Positions 9,929 through 18,292 of a stretch of DNA of 64,000 nucleotides are shown piece after piece. Every line of letters starts with the position of its first letter. Positions within the stretch are counted from its first letter, which is position 1. The notes beneath the pieces were generated by a model. That model did not search any database and was not told where the DNA came from. It worked only from the letters and a program-made list of their open reading frames with translations. The stretch is from Eubacteriales bacterium (GTDB lineage Bacteria > Bacillota > Clostridia > Oscillospirales > CAG-382): NCBI GenBank assembly GCA_045536535.1, contig JAZSNS010000031.1, forward strand, positions 64,934-128,933, written 5' to 3'. A program made the position numbers and the translations under genes.

Positions 9929-10807
9929 ATGATAAAAAGCATGACGGGTTACGGACGTCACCGCGAGGTGATCGACGGACGCGATATTTTATGCGAGGTA
10001 AAATCGGTCAACAGCCGTTATCTCGACACAAATATTAAGTTAGGTCGTCTTTATGCCGCGCTCGAAGACAAGGTCAAGCAATATGCTTCAAGCCGTGTTT
10101 CTCGCGGAAAAATGGACATTTACATTTCGATCGACAACATTCAGGGCGACGACAACGGTCTTTCGGTAAATGAAAAGTTTCTCGAAAGTTACGTTGCGCT
10201 TCTGCGTGACATAAAAGACAGATATTCGCTCGGCGGCGACGTTACGATTCAGACGGTCGCAGGCAGAAACGAGGTTTTTGTTCAGACGCGTCCCGAAGAG
10301 GATACAGAGGCCGCGGGAAGAGCGCTTTTGACCGTTATGGAAAAAGCGTTTGACAGTTTCACGGCGATGAGAGAAGCCGAAGGCGAAAAACTTGAAGCAG
10401 ACCTGCTTTCACACCTTTCGGTTCTTGAAAACATTCGTGCAAACATCGTTGAAAGAGCTCCCGAATCGGTCAGAGAAAACAACGAAAAGATGAAGTCGAG
10501 AATCCGCGAGTTACTTGACGGCGCAAACTATGACGAAGCAAGACTTCTTACCGAATGTGCCGTTTTTGCGGACAAGGCTGACATCAGCGAAGAACTCGCA
10601 AGGCTCGATTCTCATTTCACTCAGTTCAAAAAGATCCTCCAAGAAAACGTTCCTGTTGGCAGAAAGCTCGACTTCCTCGTTCAGGAGATGAATCGCGAGG
10701 TTAACACGATCGGCTCGAAATGCAACGACAGCGAGATCGCAAAGCAGGTCATCGAAGCAAAGAGTTATGTCGAAAAGATCCGCGAACAGATCCAGAACAT
10801 TGAATAA
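9929..10807 (+). CDS. yicC: YicC/YloC family stress-induced protein
   Basis: N-terminus MIKSMTGYGR...EVKSVNSRYLD and C-terminus EMNREVNTIGSK are typical of YicC. Confidence 0.93.
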   Translation: MIKSMTGYGRHREVIDGRDILCEVKSVNSRYLDTNIKLGRLYAALEDKVKQYASSRVSRGKMDIYISIDNIQGDDNGLSVNEKFLESYVALLRDIKDRYSLGGDVTIQTVAGRNEVFVQTRPEEDTEAAGRALLTVMEKAFDSFTAMREAEGEKLEADLLSHLSVLENIRANIVERAPESVRENNEKMKSRIRELLDGANYDEARLLTECAVFADKADISEELARLDSHFTQFKKILQENVPVGRKLDFLVQEMNREVNTIGSKCNDSEIAKQVIEAKSYVEKIREQIQNIE

Positions 10808-10819
10808 GGAGTCCCCAAT

Positions 10820-11053
10820 ATGAAACTTATTGATGCAGGATTCGGCAACTTTATAAATTGCGACAGAGTTATCTCGGTCGTATCGCCCGATTCGCTTCCC
10901 GTTCGCCGATTGATACAAGATGCAAAGAACGCAGGCAGATTGATCGACGTCAGTTGCGGCAAGAAAACGAAATCGGTGCTTATCACCGACAGCGACCATA
11001 TTATCTGTTCCGCCGAAGAACCCGAGACCATTGTTAAATCCATTTCCGAATAA
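10820..11053 (+). CDS. remA: RemA/DUF370 family regulator
   Basis: 77 aa, MKLIDAGFGNFINCDRVISVVSPDSLPVRRLIQDAK..., in the conserved position after yicC. Confidence 0.9.
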   Translation: MKLIDAGFGNFINCDRVISVVSPDSLPVRRLIQDAKNAGRLIDVSCGKKTKSVLITDSDHIICSAEEPETIVKSISE

Positions 11054-11093
11054 AACCGTTGATAATTTACGAAAATAAAGAGGTAATCACATT

Positions 11094-11354
11094 ATGATGC
11101 TCTATCCCAACGTTCAAGATCTCACAAACGAAAAGGTGAACCGTTACAGATTGGTCATCGCGACCGCTAAGTGTGCACGTCATCTTATCGACAAAGCAAA
11201 CGACGAACGCGAACTCGAAGAACTTCGCAGACTCGAAACCGACCGTTTCAGCAAAGAAACCAAGAACGAAAACGATATTCTTCTTTCCGAAAAGCCGGTT
11301 TCTATCGCCGTTCAGAAACTTTACGACGGCGAATATACCATCGTCACAGAATAA
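11094..11354 (+). CDS. rpoZ: DNA-directed RNA polymerase subunit omega
   Basis: 86 aa with the NRYRLVIATAKCARHL motif. Confidence 0.9.
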   Translation: MMLYPNVQDLTNEKVNRYRLVIATAKCARHLIDKANDERELEELRRLETDRFSKETKNENDILLSEKPVSIAVQKLYDGEYTIVTE

Positions 11355-11356
11355 CA

Positions 11357-13825
11357 ATGAACAAAGCGTATGCCTTCGTGCACATAACCGACATTTCATA
11401 CGGTATTGACAGGAAATACAGTTATTTCGTGCCTGCGCCTTTGCGCGCCGATATAAAGGTCGGTTCTGTTGTCGTCGTGCCTTTCGGCAACTCGAACAAG
11501 AGAATGAGCGCTGTCGTTGTCGGATTTTCAGACGAATGTGAATATCCGAGAGTTAAATCCATCGACAGTATCATGAACTATCCGTTTGAGGTGCCCAACG
11601 ACCTTATCAACACATGTGCATTCATGAAGGAGCGCTTTTTCTGTACTTTCGGAAGCGCGTTCAGAGCGGTCATTCCTCCGGGAGTGAATCTCGGAAGCGA
11701 AACGACATATTCCCTCACCGAAGGGTGTGACACAAGCAATCTAAACAGCGCCGCCGAAGTTCTTTTGAGGACAATATCCGAAAAAGGCATTTGCAGCGAA
11801 CGAACGCTCATTGAGGAATTTGGCGAAGAATGCAAAAAACTGCTTGCCGCGCTTTGCAAAAGCGGCATTCTCACAAAAGGAAGCAGAGTTCCCGAAAGAC
11901 TTAACGAAAAGAACCTTTTCACATACAGCCTTACCGTTTCTCCCGAAGAAGCAAGCGAGATCTCGGAGGGCGACAACCGTCTTACAGACAAACAAAAAGG
12001 TCTTATTTCGTTGCTCATCCACTACCCTGCCGCTACAATGCGGGAGATCGAGGAACTCGGCGGTTTTTCTTCTGCCATTGTAAATGCGCTTATCAAAAAA
12101 GGCATTGTCGAAAAGCGCGAGACGTCGTTTTTCAGAGAGGCGTACAGTTTTGACGATATCGAACCCGAGGCGCCCTATTCACTTAATTGCGAGCAGAAAA
12201 AAGTTTCCGACGGTTTGAATGAGCTTGTTGACAGCAACGAGGCGAAAGGCGCTTTGCTTTTCGGTATAACTGGCAGCGGAAAAACGCGAGTTATTATTGA
12301 AACCGCGAAACATGTGATTTCGAGCGGGCGGCAGGTTATCGTTCTCGTCCCCGAAATCGGACTTGCATCGCAAGCGGTCAAGGCATATGCCGCCGCGTTC
12401 GGAAAACGGCTTGCGGTAATACACTCAATGCTTTCCGTCGGAGAAAGAACCGACACCTATCGAAAAATACTTTCGGGTGATATCGACATTGTCATCGGCA
12501 CGAGAAGCGCGGTTTTTGCACCTTTTCCGAAACTCGGAATGATCGCCGTCGACGAAGAGCAGGCACACACCTACAAAAGCGAGATGCAACCGAAATACAA
12601 CGCCGTTGACATTGCTCGTTTCAGATGCAGTGAATCAAAAGCGTTAATGTTGCTTGCATCGGCAACACCTTCTGTTGAGAGTTTTTACAAAGCAAAAAAA
12701 GGCATTTATTCGCTTTTCACTCTTGAAAGCCGTTTCAGCGGCACGGAGTTGCCGGAAGTTATCATCCAGGACCTGCGCGAAGACCCGACAGTCGTCACCG
12801 AAAAACTCATCGGTGAACGACTTTCGCAAGAAATCAAATCGGCAAAAGCCAACGGGAAACAGTCGTTGCTTTTCGTGAACCGCAGAGGTTTTAACTCACA
12901 TATTTCCTGCCGCGAATGCGGTTATGTCTTCTCCTGCCCGAACTGTTCGGTCTCGCTTACTCACCATGCATACGAAGGCAGTCGCAAAGGCACAAGACGT
13001 CTTTCCTGCCATTATTGCGGATATACGACCTCATTACCCGAAACCTGCACTGCTTGCGGCGGCAGCCGTATCGGTTACACAGGATACGGAACTCAAAAAC
13101 TTCAAGACGAACTTGAAAACGATTTTCCCGAACTTAAAATAACAAGAATGGATTCCGACACAACCGGCGGAAAATTTTCGCACGACAAGCTTATTAACGA
13201 ATTCGCGAGCGGCGAAAGCGACGTTTTGATCGGAACTCAGATGATATCAAAGGGATTGGATTTCCCAGAAGTCGTTTTGGCAGGCGCGGTCTCAATTGAC
13301 AATTCGCTTTATGCCGACGATTTCAGAGCGGGCGAACGAACCTTTTCGCTCGTAACCCAACTTGTCGGACGAGCAGGTCGTGCAGGAGCGCGAGGCAAAG
13401 CGATTTTGCAAACCTACAACCCTGACAACGAAACCCTTAATCTTGCGGCTTCGCAGGATTATCAAAGTTTTTTCGAGAGCGAAATCAAACTTCGTCAAGC
13501 GGTTGTTTTTCCACCGTTTTGCTCGATGGCTGTTTTTGGTTTTTCATCGGCTTCCGAAACCGAATGTGAAAATTTCGCAAGGAGGTTCGACACGATTCTG
13601 CTTTCGCTTTACGATAAAAACTATAAAGACATAAAAATCATCAAATTCGGTCCGTTTAAAAACGGGATTTACAAAATAATGGGCAAGTTTCGCCAACGCA
13701 TCATCATAAAATACAAAGACAACGCAAGGTCGCGCGAATTCCTTTCGCAACTTCTTTCTGAAGGGCTTGCCGCCGCACCGAAAGGTGTCAAGGTCGACCT
13801 TGATGCGAACCCAACCGTTATTTAG
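11357..13825 (+). CDS. priA: primosomal replication-restart helicase PriA
   Basis: Walker A is GITGSGKT, DEEQ box is VDEEQAH, with Cys4 zinc modules (CRECG..CPNC, CHYCG..CTACG). Start is set at ATG 11357 (MNKAYAFVHI..), just after the rpoZ stop. The track start at 11171 lies inside rpoZ. Confidence 0.95.
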   Translation: MNKAYAFVHITDISYGIDRKYSYFVPAPLRADIKVGSVVVVPFGNSNKRMSAVVVGFSDECEYPRVKSIDSIMNYPFEVPNDLINTCAFMKERFFCTFGSAFRAVIPPGVNLGSETTYSLTEGCDTSNLNSAAEVLLRTISEKGICSERTLIEEFGEECKKLLAALCKSGILTKGSRVPERLNEKNLFTYSLTVSPEEASEISEGDNRLTDKQKGLISLLIHYPAATMREIEELGGFSSAIVNALIKKGIVEKRETSFFREAYSFDDIEPEAPYSLNCEQKKVSDGLNELVDSNEAKGALLFGITGSGKTRVIIETAKHVISSGRQVIVLVPEIGLASQAVKAYAAAFGKRLAVIHSMLSVGERTDTYRKILSGDIDIVIGTRSAVFAPFPKLGMIAVDEEQAHTYKSEMQPKYNAVDIARFRCSESKALMLLASATPSVESFYKAKKGIYSLFTLESRFSGTELPEVIIQDLREDPTVVTEKLIGERLSQEIKSAKANGKQSLLFVNRRGFNSHISCRECGYVFSCPNCSVSLTHHAYEGSRKGTRRLSCHYCGYTTSLPETCTACGGSRIGYTGYGTQKLQDELENDFPELKITRMDSDTTGGKFSHDKLINEFASGESDVLIGTQMISKGLDFPEVVLAGAVSIDNSLYADDFRAGERTFSLVTQLVGRAGRAGARGKAILQTYNPDNETLNLAASQDYQSFFESEIKLRQAVVFPPFCSMAVFGFSSASETECENFARRFDTILLSLYDKNYKDIKIIKFGPFKNGIYKIMGKFRQRIIIKYKDNARSREFLSQLLSEGLAAAPKGVKVDLDANPTVI

Positions 13826-13834
13826 GAGGATATC

Positions 13835-14308
13835 ATGGCAATTTTGAACATACTTAAAGAAGGCGACGAAACTCTCCGCAAAAAATGCAGGAGGGTTGAC
13901 GAAATCACTCCCAGAATCCACACCCTTCTCGACGACATGCACGACACTCTCGAAAAGGCGCAAGGCGTCGGTCTTGCCGCTCCGCAGGTCGGGATTCTCA
14001 GAAGAATCGTAATCGTGGAAATTGACGACAAAAAATACGAAATGATAAATCCGGAGATCATCGAAACCAAAGGCAAGCAGGAAGAAATCGAAGCATGTCT
14101 TTCGGTTCCCGAAAAATTCGGACTTGTAAAACGCCCCGCATGGGTCAAGGTTCGCGCAACCGACAGAAACGGAAAGGTTTATGAGGTTGAGGGCGAAGGT
14201 CTTATGGCAAGATGTTTCTGCCACGAGCTCGACCATCTTGACGGCACGCTTTACATTGACAAAGCTATTGAAATGTATGATGCTGACGATATTGAGGATG
14301 CTGAATGA
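13835..14308 (+). CDS. def: peptide deformylase
   Basis: GVGLAAPQVG, EACLSVP and HELDHLDG motifs. Confidence 0.96.
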   Translation: MAILNILKEGDETLRKKCRRVDEITPRIHTLLDDMHDTLEKAQGVGLAAPQVGILRRIVIVEIDDKKYEMINPEIIETKGKQEEIEACLSVPEKFGLVKRPAWVKVRATDRNGKVYEVEGEGLMARCFCHELDHLDGTLYIDKAIEMYDADDIEDAE

Positions 14309-15231
14309 GAATTGTTTTTATGGGCACTCCCGATTTTGCGGTCGCTTCATTGGAAGCACTTTGTGAATCGGGACACGAAATAATTTTGGTTGTAACTCAA
14401 CCCGACAGGCCGAAAGGGCGCGGATATAATCTCACTCCCTCGCCCGTCAAGCAATATGCGATCGAAAAAGGGATCGACGTCATTTCCCCCTCGACGCTCA
14501 AAGACGAAAACGTCATCAAGACGCTCGAAGACGCAAACGCCGATCTTTTCATCGTAACCGCTTTTGGAAAAATTCTCCCGAAACGTGTTTTGGACATCCC
14601 GAAATTGGGTTGCATCAACGTTCATGCATCGCTTCTGCCCTCCTGGCGCGGTGCCGCACCGATCAACAGAGCTGTTATGAACGGTGACAAAAAGGGCGGT
14701 GTCACGGTCATGTTCATGGACGAAGGTCTTGACACGGGAGACATGATTTTGATCAAGGAGATCGAAATCAACGATGATTGGACCGCCGAAGATTACCACG
14801 ACGCTTTGGCAGACGTCAGCAAGGATGCGCTTAAAGATTTCCTTCAAATCGCTTCAAACGGAGAGATTCCGCGCATCGCACAGGACGGAAGTCTTGCGAC
14901 CTATGCTGCGAAAGTCGGTAACGAAGACGCATTTCTCAGTTTTTCCGAAACGGCAGAAGCGACGAAAAACCGTATCAGAGGGCTCTCACCTTTCCCCGGT
15001 TCGTTCTTTTTCCTCAACGGAAAGCGTTTCAAAGTCAGAAATGCGGTGGTTTCCGACGGCAAAGGCGAAATCGGTACCGTTATTTCTACCGATAAAGGCG
15101 GAATTGAAATCGCATGTGCCGACGGCAGTGTTATTATCACAAAACTTTGTCCGGAGGGCAAAGGGGTTTGTGACGCGGAAAGTTATCTGCGCGGAAACAG
15201 AATTGAGATCGGAACAAAAGTAAATGAGTGA
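14305..15231 (+). CDS. fmt: methionyl-tRNA formyltransferase
   Basis: MRIVFMGTPDFA..., HASLLPSWRGAAPI. ATGA overlap with def. Confidence 0.96.
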   Translation: MRIVFMGTPDFAVASLEALCESGHEIILVVTQPDRPKGRGYNLTPSPVKQYAIEKGIDVISPSTLKDENVIKTLEDANADLFIVTAFGKILPKRVLDIPKLGCINVHASLLPSWRGAAPINRAVMNGDKKGGVTVMFMDEGLDTGDMILIKEIEINDDWTAEDYHDALADVSKDALKDFLQIASNGEIPRIAQDGSLATYAAKVGNEDAFLSFSETAEATKNRIRGLSPFPGSFFFLNGKRFKVRNAVVSDGKGEIGTVISTDKGGIEIACADGSVIITKLCPEGKGVCDAESYLRGNRIEIGTKVNE

Positions 15232-16453
15232 CAGAGCCAGACTTGCCGCATATAATGCCGTTAAACGCATTTTCGGCGGAGCATATTCCAACCTTATATC
15301 CTTCGGCGACGATTTGACGGGTTTGGACAGGGCGTTCGCCGAAAGCATCGCTTTGGGCACGCTTGAACGCAAAATCACGCTCGAAAGCGTTATAAGCGAA
15401 CTTTTGCAAAAAGAGACCGGAGCTGATGTCGTTTATCTGCTTATGACGGGTGTATATCAGATTCTTTACATGGACAGAGTTCCCGACAACGCGGCCTGCG
15501 ACGAGACCGTCGGCATTGCAAAAGAACTGTTTGGCAAATCAACGGCAGGATTCGTCAACGCGGTGATGCGTACCGTTTGCCGAAACAAGAATGAAATTGA
15601 AAAGAAGATAGAAAATTCAAAAGGTTATATCAAATTTTCCGTCAACGAAGCTCTTTTTGAGCTGATCAAATCGCAATACCCTAACGATTACGAACGGATC
15701 TTCTCCGCTTTTTTCGGCAAATCTCCGACATTTTTAAGAATCAACACATTAAAAGCCGATGCGGAAACGGTTGCGATAAAAACCGACGGACGTGTTCTGA
15801 GCAAAAAAACGGTCGTTTGCAACGACGCGCAAAAAGCCATTTCTTTGCTCGGTAACGGCGAATTCTATATCCAAGGCGCCGCATCGCAAAAGGCGGTTGA
15901 ATTTTTGGGCGCGGCTCCGGGCGACATTGTGATCGACGTTTGCGCCTGCCCCGGCGGCAAAAGCCTCGGCGCCGCCATTGATATGAACAACATCGGAAGC
16001 ATCTTCTCTTTTGATCTGCACGAAAAGAAACTTCCTCTTATCGAAAAAAGTGCAAAAAAGCTCGGTGTTTCGATTATTTCAACCTCAAAACACGATGCGC
16101 GAATGCCGAAAGACGAACTTATCGAAAAAGCCGATAAGGTCATTTGCGACGTTCCGTGCAGCGGCACCGGTGTTATGGGCACAAAACCCGAAATAAAGCA
16201 CAAATCGCCCGATGGATTCAAGGGGTTATACCCGACTCAAAGGGCGATAATCAGAGCGGCTTCCGAATATCTCAAAATCGGTGGCACAATGGTTTATTCC
16301 ACATGTTCCATAAACAAAAAAGAGAACGAAGACATCGTTCACGATTTTTTGGAGCAAAACAAACGGTTCCGACTTGTCGGCGAAAAAACCTATCTGCCGT
16401 TTGAAGAAGAAAACGAAGGCTTTTACATGGCAAAAATCATACGGGAGAAATGA
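15224..16453 (+). CDS. rsmB: 16S rRNA (cytosine967-C5)-methyltransferase
   Basis: NusB-like N-terminus plus SAM methyltransferase motifs DVCACPGGKS and DVPCSGTGV. Confidence 0.93.
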   Translation: MSDRARLAAYNAVKRIFGGAYSNLISFGDDLTGLDRAFAESIALGTLERKITLESVISELLQKETGADVVYLLMTGVYQILYMDRVPDNAACDETVGIAKELFGKSTAGFVNAVMRTVCRNKNEIEKKIENSKGYIKFSVNEALFELIKSQYPNDYERIFSAFFGKSPTFLRINTLKADAETVAIKTDGRVLSKKTVVCNDAQKAISLLGNGEFYIQGAASQKAVEFLGAAPGDIVIDVCACPGGKSLGAAIDMNNIGSIFSFDLHEKKLPLIEKSAKKLGVSIISTSKHDARMPKDELIEKADKVICDVPCSGTGVMGTKPEIKHKSPDGFKGLYPTQRAIIRAASEYLKIGGTMVYSTCSINKKENEDIVHDFLEQNKRFRLVGEKTYLPFEEENEGFYMAKIIREK

Positions 16454-16454
16454 T

Positions 16455-17498
16455 ATGAAGGCTGATTTGCTTTCGATGTTTCCCGAAGAGTTGGGTGAGT
16501 TCGCAGTTTCGCTCGGACAACCCAAATACAGAGGAAAACAGATTTTTGAAGGCTTATATAAAGGCAACCGCGATTTTTCGGAGTTCACTTCTCTTCCGAA
16601 AGGCTTTCGCGAAACGCTTGATTCACACGCATTTATACCTAATGCAAGTATAAAAAGAAAACTGGTTTCCGCTATCGACGGAACAGTGAAATATCTTTAC
16701 TCTCTCCACGACGGCGAAACCGTCGAGAGCGTTTTTATGCGTTACCGTCATGGCAACACGATGTGCATTTCGACTCAGGTCGGATGCCGAATGGGCTGTG
16801 CTTTCTGCGCTTCCACCAAAGCAGGACTTGTGCGTTCGCTCGCGCCTTCGGAAATGCTTTTGCAGATTTTGGAAGCGGAACGCGACCTCGGAGAGCGCGT
16901 TTCAAACGTCGTTCTTATGGGCATGGGCGAGCCGCTCGATAACTATGACAACGTTATGAAGTTTTTGAGGCTTGTGAATCATGAAAGCGGTCTTAACATC
17001 GGTTTAAGGCATGTTTCGCTTTCAACCTGCGGGCTTGTTGACAAGATCGACCGGCTTGCCGACGAGGGGTTGCCGGTCACGCTCTCCATTTCGCTCCATG
17101 CGCCGAACGACGAAAAGCGCAGGCTGACGATGCCGATCGCAAACAAATACAGCATCAAGGAACTTTTAGAAGCGTGCAAACGTTTCACGGATAAAACGGG
17201 AAGACGCATTTCCTTTGAATACGCACTCATATCGGGCGTTAACGATTCGAAAGAAGATGCGCACGAACTCGGACGTCTGCTTTCGGGAATGCTTTGTCAC
17301 CTCAATCTGATCCCGGTTAACCCGATCAAAGAAAAAAACTTCGTAAGAAGTGAAAAAAATGCCATAAAAGTATTTACAGAAACGGTCGAAACATATAAAA
17401 TAAACGTAACGGTGAGAAGAAGACTCGGCGCAGATATCAACGCGTCGTGCGGTCAGCTTCGCGCCGATGATTCAGGCAAAAAGGAGGAACAGCTTTGA
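16455..17498 (+). CDS. rlmN: 23S rRNA/tRNA (adenine2503-C2)-methyltransferase, radical SAM
   Basis: Radical-SAM CRMGCAFC motif and C-terminal Cys (ASCGQL). Start is at ATG 16455 (MKADLLSMF..), directly after the rsmB stop. The track start at 16374 lies inside rsmB. Confidence 0.95.
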   Translation: MKADLLSMFPEELGEFAVSLGQPKYRGKQIFEGLYKGNRDFSEFTSLPKGFRETLDSHAFIPNASIKRKLVSAIDGTVKYLYSLHDGETVESVFMRYRHGNTMCISTQVGCRMGCAFCASTKAGLVRSLAPSEMLLQILEAERDLGERVSNVVLMGMGEPLDNYDNVMKFLRLVNHESGLNIGLRHVSLSTCGLVDKIDRLADEGLPVTLSISLHAPNDEKRRLTMPIANKYSIKELLEACKRFTDKTGRRISFEYALISGVNDSKEDAHELGRLLSGMLCHLNLIPVNPIKEKNFVRSEKNAIKVFTETVETYKINVTVRRRLGADINASCGQLRADDSGKKEEQL

Positions 17499-18250
17499 AA
17501 TACGGCGGAAAGACCGATGTTGGCAAAAAACGCAAATCCAATCAGGACAGTTATGCTGTTTTTTCCAAAGACAGTTATTTTTGTGCTGTCGTCTGTGACG
17601 GTATGGGCGGCGCAAAAGGCGGTAACGTTGCAAGCGGGCTTGCAGTAAAAACATTTGTGACTGTTATCAAAAAGGCTTTTTCTCTTCACAACGCAGACAA
17701 TTACAACGAGACAGAAATCAAACGTCTGCTCAAAACCGCAATTGATGAAGCGAACTATGTTATTCGCGAAAAATCCCTCATTGACGACGAACTCGAAGGC
17801 ATGGGCACGACGCTCGTTGCAGTTTTGATCTGTCTTTGCGGTACGTTTTGCGTCAATGTCGGCGACAGCAGGCTTTACCGTCAGACAGACGGAAATTTAT
17901 ATCAGGTTTCGATAGACCATTCTTTTGTGCAATACCTGATCGAAAAAGGCGAAATCAAGCCTAACGAAGCTGCCATGCACCCCAACAAAAATATCATTTT
18001 GCGTGCATTGGGTGTTAATGACAGAGTTGAAGCGGATTATTTCAGAATCGACAGATATGACAGACTTCTTCTTTGCACTGACGGACTTACAAACCACGTC
18101 AATGACAATCGAATCGGAGATATAATTTCAGGTTCGTATCTTACCAAACCGCCATCTTACAAAGAAAGAGTTGAAAAACTCATTGCCGAAGCAAATGACA
18201 ACGGCGGCAGTGACAACATTACTGCCGTATTGATCGGCGGCGAGCAATAA
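17495..18250 (+). CDS. stp: PP2C-family Ser/Thr protein phosphatase
   Basis: GKKRKSNQDSY, VCDGMGG, GMGTTL and DNITAV motifs. TTG start overlaps the rlmN stop. Confidence 0.93.
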   Translation: MKYGGKTDVGKKRKSNQDSYAVFSKDSYFCAVVCDGMGGAKGGNVASGLAVKTFVTVIKKAFSLHNADNYNETEIKRLLKTAIDEANYVIREKSLIDDELEGMGTTLVAVLICLCGTFCVNVGDSRLYRQTDGNLYQVSIDHSFVQYLIEKGEIKPNEAAMHPNKNIILRALGVNDRVEADYFRIDRYDRLLLCTDGLTNHVNDNRIGDIISGSYLTKPPSYKERVEKLIAEANDNGGSDNITAVLIGGEQ

Positions 18251-18292
18251 TCTTTTCGCAAATTACTTTTTCCGAACGAAAGGAAATTTGAA

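Noticed and set aside
11171-11356. N-terminal extensions offered by the ORF track for priA (11171), rlmN (16374), aroA (36519), aroE/K (38160), hdrC (51805), the FlxC-like gene (54599), the SdhB-like gene (57539), the dgt-like gene (7718) and the thioesterase (31309).
   Set aside because: The extensions run through the preceding gene, encode low-complexity Arg-rich peptides, and lack an RBS. Internal ATGs sit right after the upstream stop codon with good Shine-Dalgarno sequences.
10807-11357. Absence of gmk between remA and rpoZ, and of coaBC between rpoZ and priA, compared with the usual Firmicutes order. rpe is likewise absent after rsgA.
   Set aside because: These are real synteny differences, but most simply explained by the genes residing elsewhere in the genome. 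This is not assessable from one window.
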